Source: Mytilus edulis | Lineage: Eukaryota | DNA length: 64,000 bases | NCBI RefSeq assembly: GCF_963676685.1 | Contig: NC_092354.1 | Coordinates: 26,908,001 to 26,972,000 of the forward strand | Direction: 5' to 3' | Shown here: positions 24,101-36,905 of the stretch, one piece after another | Numbering within the stretch: position 1 is the first letter of the stretch | Layout of the letters: the number at the start of each line of letters is the position of its first letter | Translations under genes and position numbers: made by a program | The notes under the pieces: model-generated | Database searches by the model: none | What the model was told of the DNA's origin: nothing | Seen by the model: the letters and a program-made list of their open reading frames with translations, nothing else

Positions 24101-25149
24101 AATTAGGAAAAGTTATGAATTTAAACACTTTCTACTAGAGACGGTTAGCTTTTTAGAAAAGCTATTACTTGTTTGAAATTAGAATGCATTTGTGCACTCG
24201 GAGTCAAGATGCAAGTGTACACCTACATAGTGCATGTGTGTCATTAAGTACATTCTGTGGTGCTTTCAAATGTTTCTCAATTTCATATTTGATGTGAAAA
24301 TATTGAAGATATACCATGCATTGACTGTGTTAGTTTTGGCAGGTTCGTGAATATTTTTTCACTACATGGGCGCAGCCATATTAATTTCATAACGAGGCGC
24401 ACTTTAATTATATAATCATAAAACGTTTCGGATTTAAGTTGCGGTTTTCTGTGGTGAATTAGAAGGATTATTAATTAGTTTTCGTATTAAAAAAGAAGAA
24501 AAGGTGTTAATATTAGAATAACGAAATCTGCATCTTGTAAATCTTAACTTAATAGATAAAGTTTGTTCCACGTGTCACAAGGTTATCTTGACCATCTTCT
24601 GTAGTACATTTTATTTTACGTGAAAGGCGAGATGATGTGGTTCTTTTTTTGTGAAATCAAGTTAAGACGATAAAATAAAACACAAATTAGTTAAAATACT
24701 TACAGCTTTTCAATGAATCAGGCCAAAAATCACTCAGGTTCTTTATTCGTTTGATTGCGGCCATCACTTCATGTACAACAGAACTTGGACACGCGAATAT
24801 AATATCGTCCGGCGGGAAATTCTGTTATCAGTTGCACAGCTGGTTCCTGGTAATACGATGCATCCACGATAGTAAACATACTAGTCTAATTAGTAGTTTG
24901 ATAATCTACTAGGGACTTTTAATGAAGTACTAGCCGAACTAGTAATATTTACTAGGTATTTTTTTCAGTGTACATCGTGTTTGATAAGATTTTACAAGTG
25001 AAAAGTAGTTGAACAGTTAGCATGATTACCATATTATGAAGTTAATTATATGACCATATAAGGATTGCATGTGATATTTTTGTATACCATATTAGGAAAT
25101 GTTTATCATGTGACCATCTATGGAAATTAACCACGTGATATATGTTTTG

Positions 25150-28100
25150 ATCTGCGCGAGGTGGCCTTCACGGCCGGGGGTCTGGAGGCCGCTCAAGGCC
25201 CCCAGAAAATTTTGGGATAAATGGTGCAAAATTATGCAATCTGGGCTATTCCTGGCACTTAAATTTAGTTTTAAAAAACATTGTTTTTATATAAGATTTT
25301 TCCCCATTTTTCAAAAAAATGTTCAATATGATATAACTTCTATCATTTTTAGATTTTAAGAAGAGAAAAAACATACTTTCTCAATTGCTGACAACTTCTG
25401 ATAATAAATAGGAAAAGGAAATAATTAATATTTAATAAGGGTAAACATTTATGGTGTATAAATAATATATAATGGCAATTTCATTTCCATAATTCATTGA
25501 TTTCATTGTCACTAGTGTCCTTTTGTCTTTTGAGAAGCTGAGGTAATGTGTCCTAATCTTGCTCTTTTGGCTGCTTTTTCAATCAATTCTTTTGCTTTTC
25601 TCTTGGAAACTGTTTTTTCCTGCGATTTGATTTGTAAGTTTGTTTTTTTTCCCTCATTGATTAATTTCTGTTTGAGCAGTTCTTCCTTGTACTGCTTACA
25701 AGCAGTTTTCATATTTTTACACAGGTGAGGATCTATCTTTTCATGTAATACATCTTTTTTCTTGTAGTACTCTACAGCTGTTTTCTCAGTTGCTTTCAAA
25801 CTGTATTTTATATTCTGAATAGCATTGTATGTTGAAATGTTAATACTTCCAGATTTACAATCTATAATGTCATTCATTATGTTGAAACTAGATTCTACTT
25901 GTGGTCCATGAAAACAACTAAGCAGTGATTGAGCCATTTTTGAAAGAAGTGGATACTTCTTTACAATACCATCTTTGCCCCACCATACATCAATTCTTTC
26001 ATCATCTTTCAACTCCACAATTGATTCATCTGTCTGAAATTTTCTAATTTCCAAATCATAGTTTTCTATTTCATCTTCTTCAAGCACATTTGTTGCAAGA
26101 CTTGGCAATTTTTGTAAGTAAATCAATGTACAGGTATGGCCTTTTGTATCTGGGTGAATAGCTGAAACTGCTTTCAAGAAAACATTTGTAATTGGAAGCT
26201 TATTCTGAAGGGTGAGTTCACAATTTTTATAGGCATCTTGAACCTGAAAAATATTGTATAAAAAAAATATAACAATTGCTCAAATAAATTGAACAACCAA
26301 AACTTACATTACTGCACTTGTTATTTTGTATATAATTCCTTCTATAACCTAATATTTTGCATATACACATGTGATTTAATATAAAAAATGCAAAATTATG
26401 ATTTCTTGATGTATATGTTAATGGACAATCATGTTAGTCGATTAATTTTTTTGTATGTTTTTCTTTGACAAACTGAGATTATTATCAAATTTGAAATGTT
26501 CTTGTAGCTTGTTATGTTTGAAATTTACACTTGTCAACTCATTGTTATTTGTTATTAGTTTTTGATATTGGATACTTTGTTCTGAGACTTCTGGTGACTT
26601 TAATTTAATGATTGAGATTTATCTAGGGTATATTTAGTGCTTGTTGTGTGGTATGGGCTCTTGCTCACTGTTGAAGGCCACAAAAGGAACCCCTTTGTGA
26701 CGGCATTTTTGCAATGCTTTATTTTATTGTTATGTTGTCTTTTTGATGAATACCCTATATCCTTTCTATTTCATATAAAGTTTTTAAAAAAAACTTACAT
26801 TATATATAGTTTCTAAAAAAACTTACATTATGCAAAAATGTTTTTACTGCCACATCTTTTTGATTCTTCTGTATTACTTGTGATGATTTTACCCCAATGA
26901 ACATTTTATCTGCTTTCAAGAAGTTTGCTGTTGTTGAAATGTCTAATCTCTTTAATTTTGCTGATGTTGTTGCTGACTTCAAAATTTCAGGTTTCACATA
27001 ACAAGCAAGAAACTCTCTAAATAACTTGACCTGTAAAGAATTATTATCATATTAAAATATAACAAATTTGTCTCTGTATGCTACACTGGGAAATTTGTGT
27101 TCATCAAGAAATATATTAACAACAAATAGTTATATATAGTCAGGAATATCGAAGATGTGGTATTTTGTGATATGTGTGGTATGAGTGTGAATGAGACAAC
27201 TCTCCATCCAAGTCAGAAATCTGAAAAGTAAAATTATTAATTTAAAAGTATGTCAATGTTGAAGACCATGCTGAGCTTCATATTTTTTGGTGTTTTTTTT
27301 GCTGTATATATGGGACATTGTTTTTTGCATTTGCACTTACTAATTGCTCATGCAGCTCATGAATCATTGGCTCTTTCATTTCAAAGGTTAAGACAAACTG
27401 CTTCAAAAGAGGCAATACTGAGGAATACAGGCCCATTATCATTTTTGCATAACTTCTCTCGTAAAATACTTTTCCAACAATTCTCTTCTTTCTTTCAAGA
27501 CCATCTTTTGTCAGATTTTTCTTCAGAAGACACTGTAAATGATAGTTTTAATTAATAAATGTCTTAGTATTAATAACAAGGCAATGGCAATAGTTAAATT
27601 GAGCTTACATATATTGACTCTTTGTCATTCCCAATATGTGTTGTTATGCATGTGATTTTTTGTGTTGTCAGTCAGTTGAATTTTCAGATTGTTTTCTCTT
27701 TAAGAAATGAAAAATGTACAAAATTTACTTTGTTTATTTTTTTTCCTCTCCATTTAAAATTCTAAGCATCTAAGTGGGTCAAAATTAAATGCTGAAAAAA
27801 AATTCAATAATTTACAAACATGATAAAGAATCAGTTTAAGAATGAACCCAATACTTGGACTTTTAATTAAGAAATAAATACCCTTCCACACATTTATTGA
27901 AAATTATCATGAACTGGATGCTGTACTGAAACCTTTATTTGCTTACTTAATACTAGAAGTTGTTTGGTGTTGCTTTCATTACTTTAATGGACATTGACTC
28001 CACATTATCCACTGTAAAAATAAAACAAAACTAAAAACAAACAAAAAATAATTAAATCAAAACACTTGAAACATTATAACAAACAAAAGAAAGAAATATA

Positions 28101-30933
28101 AGTATTCCTGTATTCAATTACAATATGTCAACAATAGTATTATAGAATTCTGTCTGCTTGTCATTCAACAAATAATTTATGTGAAGTCCATTTTATCAAT
28201 GGGCTATTATATAATTTATATAACAGCCCATTGATAAAATGAACAATATAATAAACATTAAGTACTTTAATTTCTATAAAGAATACAGGTAATTTGTGAA
28301 TGGCATTTTTGATAATAATTACAAATATTAATTAACAAAAATAACAATAACTTGAAAATATTTAAATAAAAATAAAATCAAAAACCCACCTTTCTTATTT
28401 CTAAAATCCTGGCTCTGGATGACTCTGATACACCTAACCTGTGGTACACTTCCACAACAGATATCAGGTATTTGTGACGAATCTTTTCATCTATCCATGG
28501 CACATAAAACACAGTGTATCCATCAAAAAGTCTAAGAGTATCTACTGTGACATCGTAAACTGAAAGCCATCTGTGACCTACATATCTTTGAGGCATGGTA
28601 AACTTTTAATATGTTGAGCATTGTACAAATTTCTTGAAAAAACTCTCTTAAATCTGGAGACCACTTGAAATCATTAAACAAGTCATTGTATAGCTGTTCT
28701 ATAAATCCATCAAATGGCTTGCAGAATGCTTTGGCTGAGTTATGAACATGATGACAAGTATCACCATCAACATCCAATAAGTGTGGAGCCTTCTGACTTC
28801 TAATACGGGTCTCAAGTCTAGATTTCGAACCACGCATGACATTGCATGAATCCATTAAGATTGATGTCAAGTTTTTCCATGGTATGTCATTTTTTTCAAA
28901 TACATCCACAACTTTTGTATACAGAGCTTCACTGTTTACAGTAACACATGTCAGGGAAGATAAATGCCTGACCACTACTTTGTTTGAGATTTTACAGAAG
29001 TAACTAGCAAGTATAGTTAGCACCTTTTGATAGTTAGAACTTGTGCTTTCATCCATATTCAAGGAAAAGCAACTTGTCTTCAAACATCTTATAAGATCTT
29101 CTTCAAAAGTTTTTCCAACGCCAAAACGGGTCTTATATGAAGCAGTGGTTCTGTTCATAGTGATGGAGTCCAAAGCCTTTTTATCATCAGATAAAGTTTT
29201 TGCCAATTCAAGCATTTTTGGCACAAGGGAAAAAAATCCATCAAATGGCTTGCAGAATGCTTTGGCTGAGTTATGAACATGATGACAAGTATCACCATCA
29301 ACATCCAATAAGTGTGGAGCCTTCTGACTTCTAATACGGGTCTCAAGTCCAGATTTCGAACCACGCATGACATTGCATGAATCCATTAAGATTGATGTCA
29401 AGTTTTTCCATGGTATGTCATTTTTTTCAAATACATCCACAACTTTTGTATACAGAGCTTCACTGTTTACAGTAACACATGTCAGGGAAGATAAATGCCT
29501 GACCACTACTTTGTTTGAGATTTTACAGAAGTAACTAGCAAGTATAGTTAGCACCTTTTGATAGTTAGAACTTGTGCTTTCATCCATATTCAAGGAAAAG
29601 CAACTTGTCTTCAAACATCTTATAAGATCTTCTTCAAAAGTTTTTCCAACGCCAAAACGGGTCTTATATGAAGCAGTGGTTCTGTTCATAGTGATGGAGT
29701 CCAAAGCCTTTTTATCATCAGATAAAGTTTTTGCCAATTCAAGCATTTTTGGCACAAGGGAAAAAGATAGAGAGTTTTCGGAAGTAAATGCCACTACCAT
29801 AGATTCCATATTTGTTACCCTATCCTGAAATGATGTAAGTGAAGCTGGTGCAGGTTGTTTTAGTTCTGCAGATGACTTGAACATTGGATGTAATCCATAT
29901 ATACCTTGGTGAGTATCTAATTTTGCTCCAAATGCACCTAAAAATAAAACAAGTTAAGTATTACAACAACAAGTCAATCTAGTTAAACGAGACTTGAGAT
30001 GCATTTTGAAAAAATGTCTGACTACAGCATTAAAATGTTTTTATATTGTAGATTAAGTGGTAATGATTGCTTTTGTCAGGTTGGGACATTTAAGGGATAT
30101 CCCTCTTTAGGGATTGTTCCCAACCTGTGTGTTGGTGTTCATCCCTTTGACTTATACATCATTTGAAGAAATATTTGCAGAAAAAAAAAGTCCAGACCTA
30201 CAAAAAATTTGGGCATAGTAGCCCCTAGAAATTAAGAATTTATACCCCCCTATCCCCAATTTCCCAGGCCTTAAAGTTTGGTCAAAGAAAGAAAAGCAAA
30301 GAGAGTAGGACAGTTCTCCTTATCCTAAAAGAACATACCTCATTGCTTAAAAGATAGATACACAACATTTAGACAAATAAATAAAGAAATTTCAACGTAC
30401 CAGACAGGCTGTGATTTGTTTTTCTCATTTTCAAATTGTCCAGGTGAAGTTTTTTGGTTAAGTGTTGCTCCAAACTTTTCCAGCCTCTTCCAGCGTAATT
30501 GATGTCTTTTTGACATAACTCACATCTGGCAATTCCTCTTGAGTTAATTTTCCTAATAAACTGGCCTACTGGGTTGCCATAAACCGAACGTTCAACCCAA
30601 TCCCATTTCCAACAGTTTTTGACACCTTTGTCAACTTCCAAATTGTATGAGTCCCTCTGAAGTACAACACGGGAAACCATCTTTCATCTTGACTTTGAAA
30701 TCTCGACCAATCACGTTCGTCCTTTTATTAAAACATAGCTATGGCCAATCAAAAATGAGCTTATTTCCGCTCTTGGAAGTTTTTTTATATAATTTTTATC
30801 GGATTCGGAGAAGAGCGGAAAAATATCCGGTTTTGCCGTGATAAATAAAAAAAACGGAATTCAAAGCAAGAAATCGGAAAGAAGTCGAGCGGAAAGCGGA
30901 ATTCCGCTAAAAAACGGAAGAAAATCAGGTCTG
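25150..30933 (-). mobile_element. hAT DNA transposon; 5' terminus at 30933, other end not found
   Basis: Minus strand starts CAGACCTGATTTTCTTCCG followed by repeated CGGAA subterminal motifs; no matching TIR at the left, so that boundary is approximate. Confidence 0.6.
25512..30680 (-). pseudogene. hAT-superfamily transposase, 5 exons (30680-30401, 29937-28390, 27532-27341, 27030-26827, 26243-25512), with a 531-bp in-frame duplication and one frameshift near 28608
   Basis: BED-type finger CELCQK..LEQH....H, SLNMDEST, LMDSCNVMRG, GDTCHHVHN, HRWLS, DVWW..YPLL and GPQVESSFN; all junctions are GT-AG and phase-compatible. Confidence 0.88.
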
Positions 30934-31654
30934 CTAATGTCTGTTATGATATTTTATGATGTGTCACGATAAGAAAATAATGTACATGTAAATACATAGA
31001 AAAGTTATAAATTGGATTTTCTCGTGTTAAACAATTAAGCTTGATTATTGTAATATAAAGGATTATCTTTAAAAAAAAGAGTTATGCTTACATGTTTTTG
31101 TTTACTATAACTGCTAGTTATGCTTCCACACTAGTTATGCTTCCACAAGCAGCACTAATTTCTACCTCCATTGGTTCCTGTTCAATAACATGATTCTAAA
31201 AAGAAAAAGAAAATAAACAGTTAAGACAATTATCAATGTTTAGCACTCATTGTTATGACTATCTTTTTTCAGAATACACTTGAATGTTCATTAAATGAAA
31301 TATGGTGATTTGTTTTGACTGTAATTAACATTTGGTTCTGATAATTCTTTTTTAAGACTTCAATATCTACTATAAATGTGTTGGTTCTTAATTTGTCAGA
31401 ACTACATTATTATTAAAATAAATTATCAAGTATATTATGTATGGCCCGTTTTGACATTTAAAATTTAAATTAAGTGACATAAATATATACAACTGAATGC
31501 ATCGGTTGTATGACAATTTTCATTTTATTTCTAAAATTGACCTACATAACAAAGCATTTGAAAATTAAATAGTAAGGTGTCTGATTTTGTAAGAACCATA
31601 TTTTCTCATTATGTACATGTATTACTCATTTCGGAATTGTGCCTGTTTTTTCAG

Positions 31655-31793
31655 TAGTATGACCTCAATGCTCTTCAACTTTGAAATTGTTTGGCTTTAT
31701 AAATATTTTGATATCAGTGTCTATGATGAGTCTAATGAAGACGAAACGTGCGTCTGGCGTACTAAATTACAATCCTGGTAACTTTGATAACTA
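31655..31793 (+). mobile_element. Degenerate retrozyme copy (hammerhead core mutated)
   Basis: atgatgagtctaatgaagacgaaacgtgcgtctggcgt...ttgataacta. Confidence 0.75.
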
Positions 31794-32539
31794 CTTAAAC
31801 TGTTTATATATCAAGTGTCAACTCAACGGTCATATTTGATGGGAAGTCATGGTGTTGTGCCAGAATTTTTGTTATGTTAACAAACACCTTAATGCCAAAT
31901 ATTATAAATTTAAGTCAAATAATGAAATAATTTTTGTCTTGGACAAGACTGTTTGAAAGAAAAAGGATCCTTAAATTGATTTCATGCATCTCCTTGTTTT
32001 TATATTGTTACAATTAAACTTGTTTTTCCAGTACATGAATCTTCAACTGTGTGATTGTTTTTCGACAGCTTCTATATTTCCGTCAACATTTACATTCTTG
32101 ACATCAATTCCATCATATCAAAAGCAGAACAAGCAGCTGAGCAACAAAGAATGCCCTCTTATATTTTTGATTCTCTGATAATAATGTGGTATTTCTAGGA
32201 TCTACAACCTGTGATGCATTGCTAACTTTGTTTGAACTGTTACACAATGTCTTTCTTTGGGAAAACATTGAACTGAAAAGTCTTGTATTTGCCCTATAAT
32301 AAGAACGAGTCTATCTGCTAACACATAACAAGTAAAAACACAAAAAAACTGACTCCGAGGAAAATTCAAAAAGGAAAGTCCCAAATCAAAAGTCCAAACA
32401 CATCAAACGAATGGATAACAACTGTCCTATTCTAATGTAGAACATGGTGGATTGAACCTGGTTTTATAGCTAGCTAAACCTCTAACTTGTATGACAGTCG
32501 CATCAAATTCCATTACATTGTCAACGACGTATTGGGCTG

Positions 32540-33509
32540 CTATCGGGGCGTGCTGTTCACAAGAGTAACATAATAATGTACAAAGTAAAACATCTGGGCC
32601 CTGGTATTGGTTTTCTGGTTCAACATGTTCAATCTGTGCCTCTGGGGGCGAGTCTGGTGTAGCATAATTTGGTAGTGAAACGGAACCATGTCGCGACCCT
32701 TCGAATTTAGTGCGGCTCTTTCGAACTATGGGACAGCTTTTTGATTTACTCTTGGCTTGTTCACTGGAAAGTTTATGTTTTGCCTCTAAATGGTATGTCA
32801 TGTATTCAATTCTGCAGTACATTTTTGTGCAATCTTCATACGAACAACACCGACACTGCACATATTCCGAATGTTTTTGATTTCTATGTCTCTTTAGGTT
32901 TCTTGGGCATGCGTATTCCTTCCCACAATCGACACAATCAAACAGTTTTGCACTTGTCATTGTTGCAATAAAATCTTTAAAACTTTCCTGGTACTTTAAT
33001 TTGGCGTCTCCCCAAGGGTGACTGGGGTATAGAAATATGGTCACTTGGTCTTCTCCCGACCGGCAGTAAAACGCTTGCCGAAGTGGGGCGTCCGTTTGGC
33101 TGTGCGGGATGTATCAAGTTCGCAGTCACGTCCGTCAGAAGGGGACGTTAAATCCGATGCCTCGTGTAAAGAGAGTGCCACGCTCTTTGCACGTTAAGAA
33201 CCCTTGCAACAACTCTTTGAGGGGTCCGTAGGTGGCCTGTTGCAAGGCAAAATTTCTGTCCCTATCCAATATACCCTCTTTTTCCAGTGGCAGTCCAAAT
33301 TTCCCCGACCATCATCCTAGATGGCCTCTATTACAACAACCTACCTATTGTATTTATTGTGAACTTGTTCTCGTCCTGAATATGCATGAAATATTTGCCA
33401 CTGGACGTTAAGCAACCAACAATCAATCAATCAATAATTTGGCGTCCTTTCCTCGTGGTGTAATGTTTATCTTTCCCACTGTTTTGATTTTCTTGCGCAG
33501 GCGCGACAT
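32540..33509 (-). pseudogene. Intronless two-finger C2H2 zinc-finger ORF interrupted by a SINE
   Basis: Removing SINE 33009-33434 and one TSD joins MSRLRKKIKTVGKINITPRGK to DAKLKYQE...CVDCGKEYACPRNLKRHRNQKH...CSYEDCTKMYCRIEYMTYHLEAKH. The 3' end runs into another repeat, so it is approximate. Confidence 0.6.
33009..33434 (+). mobile_element. Full-length ~425-bp SINE (Meta-domain-like core, (CAAT)n tail)
   Basis: 12-bp TSD TAATTTGGCGTC (32997-33008, 33435-33446); core GGGGACGTTAAA...TGCACGTTAAGAACCC. Confidence 0.88.
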
Positions 33510-33559
33510 CCGGTAAGAAGCTTATCAATTTCAGATGCGGAAGCTATAGGTTTATATAA

Positions 33560-33715
33560 TATCTTCTCCATGCACTAAATCATGTAGTCGTGCCTGGTCT
33601 ATACCTTAAACTGGCAGTCCATGAATCATTTTCTGTAACTATTTCTTAGTATAATCTTTTGCCAATATTGACAACATCTGTTTCTTCATGTTGAAACCAT
33701 TGGTATTATCATACA
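33560..33715 (-). pseudogene. Possible Sola3-like transposase relic
   Basis: KQMLSILAKDYTKK*LQKMIHGL..IDQARLH resembles a Sola3 N-terminal motif; short and contains stops. Confidence 0.3.
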
Positions 33716-33720
33716 GTTTA

Positions 33721-34137
33721 AAAGGGAGACTGGGGTATTAAAATATTCACTTGGTCTTCTCCCGACCGGCAGTAAAACGCTTGCCGAAGTGGGACATCCG
33801 TTTGGCTGTGCGGGATGTATCAAGTCCTTAGTCACGTCCGGTCAGAAGGGGGACGTTAAATCCGATGCCTCGTGTAAAGAGAGTGCCACACTCTTTGCAC
33901 GTTAAGAACCCTTGCAACAACTCTTTGAGGGGGTCCGTAGGTGACCTGTTGCAAGGATACATTTCTGTCCCTATCCAATATACCCTTATTTTCCAGTGGC
34001 AGTCCAAATTTCCCCGACCATCATCCCAGATGGCATCTATTGTATCAGCCTACCTATTGTATTTATTGTGAACTTGTTCTCGTTCTGAATATGCATGAAA
34101 TATTTGCCACTGAACGTTAAGCAATCAATCAATCAAT
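33721..34137 (+). mobile_element. SINE copy, same family as 33009
   Basis: Direct sequence match including the tail. Confidence 0.88.
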
Positions 34138-34236
34138 GTATGAACTGGTGTCTATAAGTTGTTTGAAGCCAGGACCTTTTAAAATTACATCTAGCTCCTT
34201 TTTGTGCTTTCCATCTGTTAAAAAAAATATAATTTG

Positions 34237-34858
34237 TAGTTATCAAAGGTACCAGGATTACAATTTAGCACGCCAGACGCGCGTTTCGTCTACATAACTC
34301 ATCAGTGACGCTCATATCAAAATATTTATAAAGCCAAAACAAGTACAAAGTTGAAGAGCATTGAGGATCCAAAATTCCAAAAAGTTGTGCCAAATACGGC
34401 TAAGCTAATCCATGCCTGGGATAAGAAAATCCTTAGTTTTTCAAAAATTCAAAGTTTGGTAAACAGGAAATTTATAAAAATGACAACATTATTGATATTC
34501 ATGTCAACACCGAAGTGTTGACTACTGGGCTGGTGATACCCTCGGGGACGAAACGTCCACCAGCAGTGGCATCGACCCAGTGGTGTAAATAGTTATCAAA
34601 GGTACCAGGATTACAATTTAGTACGCCAGACGCGCGTTTCGTCTACATAAGACTCATCAGTGACGCTCATATCAAAATATTTATAAAGGCAAAACAAGTA
34701 CAAAGTTAAAGAGCATTGCGGATCCAAAATTCCAAAAGGTTGTGCCAAATACGGCTAAGTTAATCAATGCCTGGGATAAGAAAATCCTTAGTTTTTCAAA
34801 CATTCAAAGTTTGGTAAACAGGAAATTTATAAAAAAAAAAATGACCACATTATTGATA
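34237..34858 (-). mobile_element. Tandem retrozyme (~1.75 units of ~355 bp) with two hammerheads: 34270-34311 (2-nt stem II deletion) and 34623-34666 (intact)
   Basis: Direct repeat with period 353 bp, each unit carrying CTGATGA...GAAA...GTC on the minus strand. Confidence 0.88.
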
Positions 34859-36537
34859 CTAGAACACATCCGCGTTATCGCGGGCATTCACAGCGTAGTT
34901 TAATGTACGTAAAGTGTTGTTGGAAGAATTATGTAAAATATTGAATGACTGGAGAATTTCAGCAAAAGTATCATAAGTCATAGGTTATTGGGTACAGGAA
35001 AATGCTTTTTTTTTTATCCCTCCTCCTTTATTTCCAATATTCCCAATTTTAGGGTTTCTATCAATTTAATATGAACATACATTTAGTATGTTATGAACAT
35101 TTAAGTAAGGAGCCTGTAATTCAGTGGTTGTTGTTTGTTTATGTGTTACATATTTGTTTTTCGTTCATTTTTTGTACATAAATAAGGCCGCTAGTTTTCT
35201 GGTTTGAATTGTTTTACATTGTCAGTTCGGGGCCTTTTAAAGCTGAGTATGCGGTATGGACTTTGCCCGTTGTTAAAGGTCGTACGGTAACCTATTATTG
35301 TTAATATCTGTGTCATATTGGTCTCTTGTGGAGAGTTATCTCAACATGGCAATCATACCACATCTTCTTTATTGTGTAATCAATGAATTTTGTAAAATAT
35401 TTAATGACTGGAGAATTATAGAAAAGGTATCAAAAGTTCACATGAATATTTTTAGCGCTTATCTTTATATTATGAACATTCATTACTATATAAATATGGT
35501 GTATTTACTTTCAATTCTAAGTTTAATATTCTATTTAGTCCTTCTTGTAACTCGGTGAATGTGATGAATATTTTCAGATAAGATCAGACAATCTGTCAAT
35601 TTCTATGTCCTTCCCACATACTCTTTCTGAAATATCATATACTGGTAGTTCATCTTGGTTTACATCAATTTCATCACAATCTTTTCTAATCTCTTCCAAT
35701 AATAAATCTACAAAAAAACATACAATATATTTTACCGCTGGAAAATTTTAAGTGTTTTACTTCAAATTTAGTCAGACATTAATGAATCAAAAAATAAACT
35801 GTGATAAAGAGATATGTCTCACCTTTATGTATTAAGATAGTTTAATGCAAATGTTAAAATTAAAAGGGTCAACTTTAACATATAAGCAATCCAAAACATT
35901 CAAAGTCAATGAATCATGATTGAAGTTTCAGGGCCAAATAGCATCCATGGAAATGAGAAATACCAATACTTATAAACCCAGGAGGTTTAGAAAAAAATGA
36001 TCACCAAATTTCACTACAGGCCCGTAGATTTTTAAGGACATGGGCTACTTCATTTTGTAAGTAGTTTCCCCGAAATAGTGTTTGTGAAGCGATATTCTTT
36101 TAGTTCAACCACTAGCTTAATGATGAAATTTGTCAACAGTTAATGTGTAACCCTAGTAAAACATATGACTCAGACTGGCAAATCAAAATCTAACCGAAAA
36201 TGTAAGTAAATGCCAGAAAGGATTCCATTTCAGAAGTGGATAAGGCTTTTTCCAGTTGCAGATAATTTATGGATGGATTAATTGTTGTTTAACGTCAATT
36301 GACGTAAATTGACAAATAAAACTAAGCATATAAAAAAACATTAGTGACCTACCGCCTCACTTTCTTCCAGCAGGCTAACTTTTTTTTAAAGCTAATCACA
36401 AGACCAAAATACAGCTACTAAATTTAAACTCAGGAATTGAAAACAAAAGTATAATTGCATGAAAAAGAAAGAACAGGAAATATTTTAAAAAGAAACTCAA
36501 AGATTCATAAAGTCCAAAAAATTTCTTGTCAAAATCT

Positions 36538-36905
36538 AACTAGAGGCTCTAAAGAGACAGTGTCGCTCACCTGTATCTACTGTGGTTTTGGAAATCATGT
36601 AAAATAAGGTTAACATCATAATAAATGATATTAGATACCCTAATAATGATTAAGGCCAAGTTTGGTTTAATTTGGCCCAGTAGTTAAATTAAAATCAGAA
36701 GATTTTTGAAAAAGTTTACAAATATTACCAATAAATTGCAGGAAATGACTTTATAGGATAATAACTCCAATAAGATGTCAATTGACGATTTTGTTCATGT
36801 TGACTTATTTGTAGATCTTTCTTTGCTTGGTATTTTTACGGTTTACAGTATATCTCAATCTATAATGATATTCAAGATAATTAACAAAAACTGCAAAATT
36901 TCCTT
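36538..36905 (-). mobile_element. Diverged HINE 3' fragment related to the 13256 element, in opposite orientation
   Basis: aactagaggctctaaagag..gtgtcgctcacc is the reverse complement of the 15530-15563 terminus; the body resembles the tandem unit. Confidence 0.6.

Larger units (their letters stand above)
19218..24970. mobile_element. Non-autonomous CACTG-ended (CMC/EnSpm-like) DNA transposon, 5.75 kb
   Basis: TIRs CACTGAAAAAAATACCTAGTAA / TTACTAGGTATTTTTTTCAGTG, TA on both flanks, and dense subterminal ACTAG/CTAGT motifs at both ends. Confidence 0.85.

Noticed and set aside
33011-33092. HDV-like, twister or pistol ribozyme in the SINE head
   Set aside because: P2/P3/P4-like stems can be drawn, but the P1 3' strand needed for the HDV fold is missing and twister/pistol consensus positions do not match.
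34521-34584. Second, opposite-polarity hammerhead in the retrozyme (CTGGTGA...GAAACGTC)
   Set aside because: The core deviates from CUGANGA, stem II lacks the closing pair, and CTGGTG pairs perfectly with downstream CACCAG, so it is better read as a plain branched hairpin.
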